Positions 59,080 to 64,000 of a stretch of DNA of 64,000 nt are shown piece by piece. Where the stretch lies: sequence record LC739536.1. One strand, written 5' to 3'. The notes under the pieces are model-generated. The model was given only the letters and a program-made list of their open reading frames with translations. It did no database searches and had not been told where the DNA came from. The number at the start of each line of letters is the position of its first letter. Within the stretch, counting starts at the first letter, position 1. Both the position numbers and the translations under genes were made by a program. Origin of the DNA: Escherichia phage phiWec187.

Positions 59080-59442
59080 ATGAGCAAGCAAATCAATACT
59101 ATCATGTTTAATCTGGTATCTTTCCGCGATGACGTGAAAAACCTTTCGCGTGATGCAGTGGATGCACGGATCGAAAGCTATCGCACACAGATCGCAACGT
59201 TACCGCTGAAACGTGATCAACATGCCGCTAATATGATGCTTGATGCTATGATTAAAAAGATGATTCAATGTGATCTTACCCTGGCTTATGAATATGCTGG
59301 CGATCTTTTTGTAACGTATAATAAGCCCGTTCCAGGTATGAGCACCACGGAAGAATTGCATGCCTTAAATCTGCGACAAGATGCATGGGATAACATGCGC
59401 CGTGTTATGGTATGGGTAGAAAGCGGTAAAATTTACGAATAA
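59080..59442 (+). CDS. early protein, hypothetical
   Basis: 120-aa ORF with promoter/hairpin/RBS. Confidence 0.5.
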   Translation: MSKQINTIMFNLVSFRDDVKNLSRDAVDARIESYRTQIATLPLKRDQHAANMMLDAMIKKMIQCDLTLAYEYAGDLFVTYNKPVPGMSTTEELHALNLRQDAWDNMRRVMVWVESGKIYE

Positions 59443-59448
59443 AAACGG

Positions 59449-59476
59449 TTGACATTGCACTAAAACCTGATAAGCT
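59449..59476 (+). promoter_or_regulatory. early promoter
   Basis: TTGACA, 16-nt spacer, TAAGCT; hairpin gcgggaa-ttg-ttcccgc at 59485-59501. Confidence 0.55.
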
Positions 59477-59520
59477 ATCTTAAAGCGGGAATTGTTCCCG
59501 CTTACATAGGATAAAACTTT

Positions 59521-59667
59521 ATGAAACAATATGTAATGAGTATTCACACCAAAAACGGCGCTACTGTTACGACTCCGGCACGGTTTGCACTTGTAAACCG
59601 CTGCAAGAGACTAAAACGAGAGCTAAAAAACAACCGTGCAACGGGCTTTAAACGCTGGGGAGGATAA
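59521..59667 (+). CDS. early small basic protein (48 aa)
   Basis: MKQYVMSIHTKNGATVTTPARFALVNRCKRLKRELKNNRATGFKRWGG; below the ORF-track cutoff. Confidence 0.4.
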   Translation: MKQYVMSIHTKNGATVTTPARFALVNRCKRLKRELKNNRATGFKRWGG

Positions 59668-59669
59668 TC

Positions 59670-59930
59670 TTGTTTTTTCTAAAAGTTTTTGATAATGTGA
59701 TCGCTTTTGAACATGCTACAACGTTCGACCTGGCGAGATACGCTATCAGGTTTAAAGATAATGTTTATCCCCGTGCTGGCGGCGGTTACACTATTTTTAA
59801 TCATCGTAACGCTCAATTAACGGATATAACTAATCCAGGCCCTGGAGTGTATCGCATAGGCTGGCTACCGTCAAAAGACGCGGCAAGCATGTTTAAGGTA
59901 TGTAAACTACTAACAGAAGAGGCGAACTAA
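59670..59930 (+). CDS. early protein, hypothetical (TTG start)
   Basis: 86-aa ORF starting at TTG 8 nt after GGGGAGG, translationally coupled to the preceding small ORF. Confidence 0.4.
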   Translation: MFFLKVFDNVIAFEHATTFDLARYAIRFKDNVYPRAGGGYTIFNHRNAQLTDITNPGPGVYRIGWLPSKDAASMFKVCKLLTEEAN

Positions 59931-59931
59931 C

Positions 59932-60486
59932 ATGGGGCGTGAATATGTGATCCAGTCCTGGGTAAAGCATGATGCTAATGATCCGCGCATAATACCAGAT
60001 GACATGATCGATCACATGGTAGGGTATAGCGGGGAGCAGATAGGAAATCGAGCGGCAAAGAGCAACGGCAACACAAAGGCGCGATCCGTTCGCCCTGGTT
60101 GGCTGGCAAATGGTAACGCTGACATTGCAAGCGCCGCAGATCCAAGCGATGACGCTAAAAATAATCCCTTATACAGCATTGATCCGGCTTTTAAGGTGTT
60201 AGAAGAATATCCCGCTAAATTAGCCGCACTAGATAAGGCATACGAAGAAAAGCGCATGGCATGGACTGTATACAACACCGCTAAAATGGTGCTAGATGCA
60301 AAATTGATTAAAGCCCAGGAGAAGATCAATAAACTTGTTGCAGTAGCGCAAGAGGAAGACCAGGACGACCAGGAGGAAGAGGAAGAAATCATGCCTACCC
60401 TGGAAGAGGAAGAGATCCAGCCATACACGCCGACAGAAGAGGAAAAAATACAAGCCTTAAAAAATTATAAAAATTGTATTGTGTAA
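59932..60486 (+). CDS. early protein with highly acidic C-terminus
   Basis: 184 aa; EEDQDDQEEEEEIMPTLEEEEIQ tail. Confidence 0.45.
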   Translation: MGREYVIQSWVKHDANDPRIIPDDMIDHMVGYSGEQIGNRAAKSNGNTKARSVRPGWLANGNADIASAADPSDDAKNNPLYSIDPAFKVLEEYPAKLAALDKAYEEKRMAWTVYNTAKMVLDAKLIKAQEKINKLVAVAQEEDQDDQEEEEEIMPTLEEEEIQPYTPTEEEKIQALKNYKNCIV

Positions 60487-60489
60487 GGC

Positions 60490-60518
60490 TTGACATATGC
60501 AAACAAGCCCCGTAATAT
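60490..60518 (+). promoter_or_regulatory. early promoter
   Basis: TTGACA, 17-nt spacer, TAATAT. Confidence 0.55.
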
Positions 60519-60567
60519 GTACCACATAGAGCGGGGCAACCCCCTCAAAGGTGAAATAAAAAATCAC

Positions 60568-60595
60568 TTGACAACTGAAATCAGTAAGCTATAAT
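60568..60595 (+). promoter_or_regulatory. early promoter with consensus elements
   Basis: TTGACA, 16-nt spacer, TATAAT (both hexamers perfect). Confidence 0.65.
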
Positions 60596-60632
60596 GCTTA
60601 TATAAATTAAAGCGTTACTAAGGAATAAAATC

Positions 60633-60998
60633 ATGGCTAAAAATATCAATGTTTCTGCTTATGCTACCCTGGCTAACACTGCTAAAATTGAACTATCCAG
60701 CATTGAAGCGGTACATATTAGCGCCCGTCGCTGGTTTCAAAAGTCTTATGGTAATACTTATTTCTCTTTGATGGTTGACGTTGAGATCGGCGGTAAACTG
60801 ATTGAAGTCGTTAACGTTCCGTTTCAATATGGTTATGGTGATCATTTTGATACCGTCGCCCTGGAAGAGTTTAGCAAGGTTATCAACCTGGAAGGTAAAG
60901 ACTTTTCAAATTATGCTTACCTTTCCCGTTTTTGCCGTGATAATGGGATCGCTGTATACAGTCATGCAAGCGATGTTAAACGTAAAAAAGATTTATAA
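60633..60998 (+). CDS. early protein, hypothetical
   Basis: 121-aa ORF downstream of tandem promoters. Confidence 0.5.
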   Translation: MAKNINVSAYATLANTAKIELSSIEAVHISARRWFQKSYGNTYFSLMVDVEIGGKLIEVVNVPFQYGYGDHFDTVALEEFSKVINLEGKDFSNYAYLSRFCRDNGIAVYSHASDVKRKKDL

Positions 60999-61004
60999 AA
61001 AGCA

Positions 61005-61032
61005 TTGACAGCACGAATAAAAAGCATATAAT
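61005..61032 (+). promoter_or_regulatory. early promoter
   Basis: TTGACA, 16-nt spacer, TATAAT; hairpin gcgggaa-tag-ttcccgc at 61046-61061. Confidence 0.65.
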
Positions 61033-61086
61033 ACTTATATCGAGAGCGGGAATAGTTCCCGCCTCACTGAAAAAGAGATTAACATC

Positions 61087-61326
61087 ATGGCTAAATCTAA
61101 AATGTTCTTAGGTCACAAAAACAAAACTCATTGGAATGTAAGCCTTTGGATCAACAACGATGAAGGTTTTTATAATCTTGCGCGTGAATTTATCGCAGCT
61201 AACACCAATAAGAATGACGCAGCGCGTGATATGATGTTATTTCTTGAAAGTATGGATCAAGATAAAACGCCAGACGGTTACAAGTTCAGTAAAACTGCAA
61301 TCCGTGCCGCTATGGTAGGAATGTAA
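61087..61326 (+). CDS. early protein, hypothetical
   Basis: 79-aa ORF with promoter/hairpin/RBS. Confidence 0.5.
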   Translation: MAKSKMFLGHKNKTHWNVSLWINNDEGFYNLAREFIAANTNKNDAARDMMLFLESMDQDKTPDGYKFSKTAIRAAMVGM

Positions 61327-61335
61327 TAAAAGCAG

Positions 61336-61363
61336 TTGACAACGTTTTTTAATCTGGTATAGT
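61336..61363 (+). promoter_or_regulatory. early promoter, near-duplicate of the one at 58641
   Basis: TTGACA, 16-nt spacer, TATAGT; first ~24 bp (ttgacaacgttttttaatctg) identical to 58641-58661; hairpin ggcgggaaa-tgg-tttcccgcc at 61375-61395. Confidence 0.6.
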
Positions 61364-61417
61364 TTATCACATAGGGCGGGAAATGGTTTCCCGCCAAATC
61401 AAAGAAAGGTTATCATT

Positions 61418-61645
61418 ATGGCTATCGTTATTGTTCGCGTATCCGGTACGGTTGGAAGCTCCCAGGTAGTAGCAGTTATCACCGAGAAGAAAGGGGATGA
61501 TCTTCACTCTTCCTTGAATAGCTGGGCGGTCGCTAACTTCGGGCAATGGTCGAGCGTTGAGTACATCGAATCCTACCAGGTGCCAACGATTAGCCTAACC
61601 GATCTGAATGTTGATCGCTTGTTGTGCCTGGATGGATTAAACTAA
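61418..61645 (+). CDS. early protein, hypothetical
   Basis: 75-aa ORF. Confidence 0.5.
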   Translation: MAIVIVRVSGTVGSSQVVAVITEKKGDDLHSSLNSWAVANFGQWSSVEYIESYQVPTISLTDLNVDRLLCLDGLN

Positions 61646-61653
61646 AAATAATA

Positions 61654-61681
61654 TTGACAAGATAACTAAAATCAGTAAAAT
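61654..61681 (+). promoter_or_regulatory. early promoter
   Basis: TTGACA, 16-nt spacer, TAAAAT; hairpin gggcggca-atag-tgccgccc at 61692-61712. Confidence 0.6.
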
Positions 61682-61732
61682 GTAATGCATAGGGCGGCAA
61701 TAGTGCCGCCCCTAGTGAGAGAGATTATCAAC

Positions 61733-61948
61733 ATGGCTAATATCCGCACCTTGTTAAAAAATGCAAAGCAAGTTTTATTTTCAGATGACGAATATTTTAA
61801 TAAAGATATTACAGGCGTGAAAAATTTAAAAGACGTGAAGGATGTTATCGGTATCCGTGGATCTTTACGTAAAGGTGACATATACGGTAACAAGGTGCAG
61901 TATAAACTGTCAAAAGATTATGATTTTACTTTGACAATTATTTCATAA
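61733..61948 (+). CDS. early protein, hypothetical
   Basis: Start at the internal ATG after the 5' hairpin; the listed longer ORF would begin inside the promoter/hairpin. Confidence 0.5.
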   Translation: MANIRTLLKNAKQVLFSDDEYFNKDITGVKNLKDVKDVIGIRGSLRKGDIYGNKVQYKLSKDYDFTLTIIS

Positions 61949-62038
61949 AACTACTTGCAAACCTGGTAAAATAAAGTAAACTATATTCATTAAGGCGGTG
62001 GAATAGCCCACCGCCTAACAAAGAGAAGAGGAAACATC

Positions 62039-62209
62039 ATGATCACTTTCGCTACCCGTGAAGCCGCTCGCAACGTTGCACGTAAAGTTAATGCCGCCAA
62101 CCTGGGCGCTACGCTTAAAGCCCCGGTAAAAGATGAATCAGGAAAATGGATCTTCCCTGGTCTGCGTCACGCTGATAAGCTGGGAACATTAACGTTAAAA
62201 AATAAATAA
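62039..62209 (+). CDS. early small protein (56 aa)
   Basis: MITFATREAARNVARKVNAANLGATLKAPVKDESGKWIFPGLRHADKLGTLTLKNK; preceded by hairpin ggcggtgg-aatagc-ccaccgcc (61994-62015) and RBS. Confidence 0.45.
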   Translation: MITFATREAARNVARKVNAANLGATLKAPVKDESGKWIFPGLRHADKLGTLTLKNK

Positions 62210-62216
62210 TATCCGC

Positions 62217-62245
62217 TTGACAGTAGCATGATTTATAAGTAAAGT
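62217..62245 (+). promoter_or_regulatory. early promoter
   Basis: TTGACA, 17-nt spacer, TAAAGT; hairpin ggcgggaaa-tgg-tttcccgcc at 62255-62275. Confidence 0.55.
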
Positions 62246-62295
62246 AACAACAACGGCGGGAAATGGTTTCCCGCCATCAATAAAGAGATAAGATT

Positions 62296-62655
62296 ATGAA
62301 ATCAGTAAAAGCAATTAAAACTTACATTGTGTCGGCTATTTCTTTTGAAGGTACTACAACAGAAAAAGAAAAGATCACCGAACTGATGCGCCGTTTTAAG
62401 TCTGAATACTGGTATACCGATAATCAAAAACGTTACAATCATAACATGACCAAGGCGATAGCCTCATGGTTACAAGGTTTACCGTCAGAAATCAATATTG
62501 CTTTTGATTATAACGAGATCGATCACTTGTTAATCGAATGGAAGTATATAAAAGAAACAAGCAAAGAAACAACCGTTACCCGTGAGCGGGAAAATTATTG
62601 GTTATATATTGCAAGCATGATCGTAACTTTGGCAAAATATCATAAAGTAGCGTAA
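62296..62655 (+). CDS. early protein, hypothetical
   Basis: 119-aa ORF. Confidence 0.5.
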   Translation: MKSVKAIKTYIVSAISFEGTTTEKEKITELMRRFKSEYWYTDNQKRYNHNMTKAIASWLQGLPSEINIAFDYNEIDHLLIEWKYIKETSKETTVTRERENYWLYIASMIVTLAKYHKVA

Positions 62656-62669
62656 TTAAGAGGAAAAAC

Positions 62670-62807
62670 ATGAACGCATCACAGCAGATCGAAAAATTCA
62701 ACCGCAACAAAGCGCGTAAAGATTGGAACGAAGAGATCACCAAGAAAGGCGACAAGCGGAACAAAACAAAGAGAGATCGCAGCACAAAAAGATACTGGAA
62801 CGAATAA
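62670..62807 (+). CDS. early small basic protein (45 aa)
   Basis: MNASQQIEKFNRNKARKDWNEEITKKGDKRNKTKRDRSTKRYWNE; RBS AAGAGGAAAAAC; terminator follows. Confidence 0.4.
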   Translation: MNASQQIEKFNRNKARKDWNEEITKKGDKRNKTKRDRSTKRYWNE

Positions 62808-62812
62808 CAAGA

Positions 62813-62840
62813 AAGGGCGCAATAAGCGCCCTTTTAGCTT
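62813..62840 (+). terminator. rho-independent terminator
   Basis: aagggcgc-aata-agcgccctt followed by ttagctt. Confidence 0.6.
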
Positions 62841-62925
62841 ATATAGAGGCTTGTTACCCATAGGCAATGGTAACGCCAGGATAAGCCTATAAACCACGTT
62901 AGACAGCTTTACAGGAGCTTTAAAA

Positions 62926-63108
62926 ATGAAATTAGACGAAATAAGCAAGGCACTAGCCCAGGGGCAAAGGTTATGCGCCCGATATCGTGATCAATATGGC
63001 TTCATAACTAGCGGCGTGATCCTGGGGATTGAAGGCAATAAGATTTTTATTGACACGTTGAAAAACGTTGTATATAGTGACAATATAATCTCAATAAAAC
63101 ATATATGA
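62926..63108 (+). CDS. hypothetical small protein
   Basis: 60-aa ORF; its 3' end contains a promoter-like TTGACA-N17-TATAGT. Confidence 0.3.
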   Translation: MKLDEISKALAQGQRLCARYRDQYGFITSGVILGIEGNKIFIDTLKNVVYSDNIISIKHI

Positions 63109-63116
63109 GGCAAGAA

Positions 63117-63518
63117 ATGAAAAAATTATTGATCGCTGGTTTACTCTCTTTTGGCATGGTTGGAACATCTAGCGCGGCGATATCCTCCACAGTAGCAGAA
63201 TTAAGCGCCGTTGATGCAATGGAAAACGTCATGCTTATTAATAATGCGATCCCCGATGAAATCATGGAGGATTTACACATGATCGCTTATGGTGCTGTTA
63301 CACAACTAACGGCAAAAATAGATAAATCTATTGTTAATGGCTTAAATGAAGATGTACCATGTGAAATTATTACCAGTGTGCTGACTACTCAAAATTTTAC
63401 GCCGTGGCTAAAAAGTATTCAAAAGGTGCATAGTGCAGCCGCAGATCGTAGCAATGAAAAACTAGTGTCAGCACTTGCAACGTATACCCTAGCAAAATGC
63501 ACCGAGATAAAAGATTGA
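63117..63518 (+). CDS. secreted/periplasmic hypothetical protein
   Basis: Start at MKKLLIAGLLSFGMVGTSSA (signal peptide). Confidence 0.45.
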   Translation: MKKLLIAGLLSFGMVGTSSAAISSTVAELSAVDAMENVMLINNAIPDEIMEDLHMIAYGAVTQLTAKIDKSIVNGLNEDVPCEIITSVLTTQNFTPWLKSIQKVHSAAADRSNEKLVSALATYTLAKCTEIKD

Positions 63519-63565
63519 CAACATAGAAAGCACGTTATAAGATACACACAACAAAGGAGAACTAC

Positions 63566-63868
63566 ATGAACGGCATAGCTAAAACGTTTTTTCTTTTTTC
63601 TGGTGTAAATGATCCATCAATAAAAGTCGATAGTGTAAAAGAAAACAATACTATCACCGCTAAATTGTTTCAAGATGAAACAAATAACGTGCTAATCATT
63701 AATCTTAAAGAAATAACGAAAGGTTATTATACTATTGCTTACCATGCAATTTATCATGCTGGTACTAGTGAGGAAGTGCAAACAAGCAACAACGAAAGCG
63801 CGGCGCTACCTGGTGATCTGGTGCTGGGCGTTATCAGTTTAATTGTCAATGATTTTTTTAAGGAGTAA
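63566..63868 (+). CDS. early protein, hypothetical
   Basis: 100-aa ORF after TTGACA-N15-TATAAG and RBS AAAGGAGA. Confidence 0.45.
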   Translation: MNGIAKTFFLFSGVNDPSIKVDSVKENNTITAKLFQDETNNVLIINLKEITKGYYTIAYHAIYHAGTSEEVQTSNNESAALPGDLVLGVISLIVNDFFKE

Positions 63869-64000
63869 AACCATGCCCTATTTACATTTATTTTTCGGTA
63901 TCTTATTGACAGGATCTTTTTTCTTCTGTATGCTTGTTTCTATTGTAAACCACGTTTTAAGACATTAAGGAAACAGCATGAAAATTATTCCCGTACAATA

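Noticed and set aside
58681-62275. GC-rich hairpins of the early region as rho-independent terminators
   Set aside because: None is followed by a U-run on either strand; each sits 10-15 nt downstream of a -10 hexamer and upstream of an RBS, so they are read as 5' leader structures.
1-64000. Prophage or lysogeny features (integrase, CI-like repressor, att sites)
   Set aside because: No tyrosine or serine recombinase or repressor motifs seen in any frame; the gene content is typical of a virulent phage.

Overview
This window reads as a contiguous piece of a large, AT-rich, virulent tailed-phage genome; no integrase, repressor, rRNA, tRNA or CRISPR array was found. All calls rest on reading the six-frame ORF track and raw sequence by eye; no searches were run. 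Layout: (1) 1-13.4 kb, plus strand: a tail/baseplate module with four distinct fibre or spike proteins. (2) 13.4-52.9 kb, minus strand: a replication and nucleotide-metabolism block (DPPY DNA methyltransferase, SSB-like protein, family A DNA polymerase, primase-helicase, SF1 helicase, NrdD/NrdG), a glycosyltransferase cluster and many small ORFs. Three replication genes carry self-splicing elements: an intein in the polymerase, an intein in the helicase, and a group I intron with an HNH homing endonuclease in nrdD. (3) The most interesting candidate is a phage-borne Ter-like module at 27.4-37.4 kb: TerD, a vWA TerY-like protein, a possible TelA-like protein, TerC, a phosphoribosyltransferase, a HAD-like hydrolase and a macro-domain protein. 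(4) 52.9-57.2 kb, plus strand: a second copy of a Walker ATPase, a zinc-ribbon protein and a NADAR-domain protein. (5) 57.2-58.4 kb: an intergenic control region with tandem ~70-bp repeats, Fur-box-like palindromes and a GC-rich small gene. (6) 58.4-64 kb: an early-gene array in which nearly every small ORF has its own sigma70-like promoter, most followed by a GC-rich 5' stem-loop.
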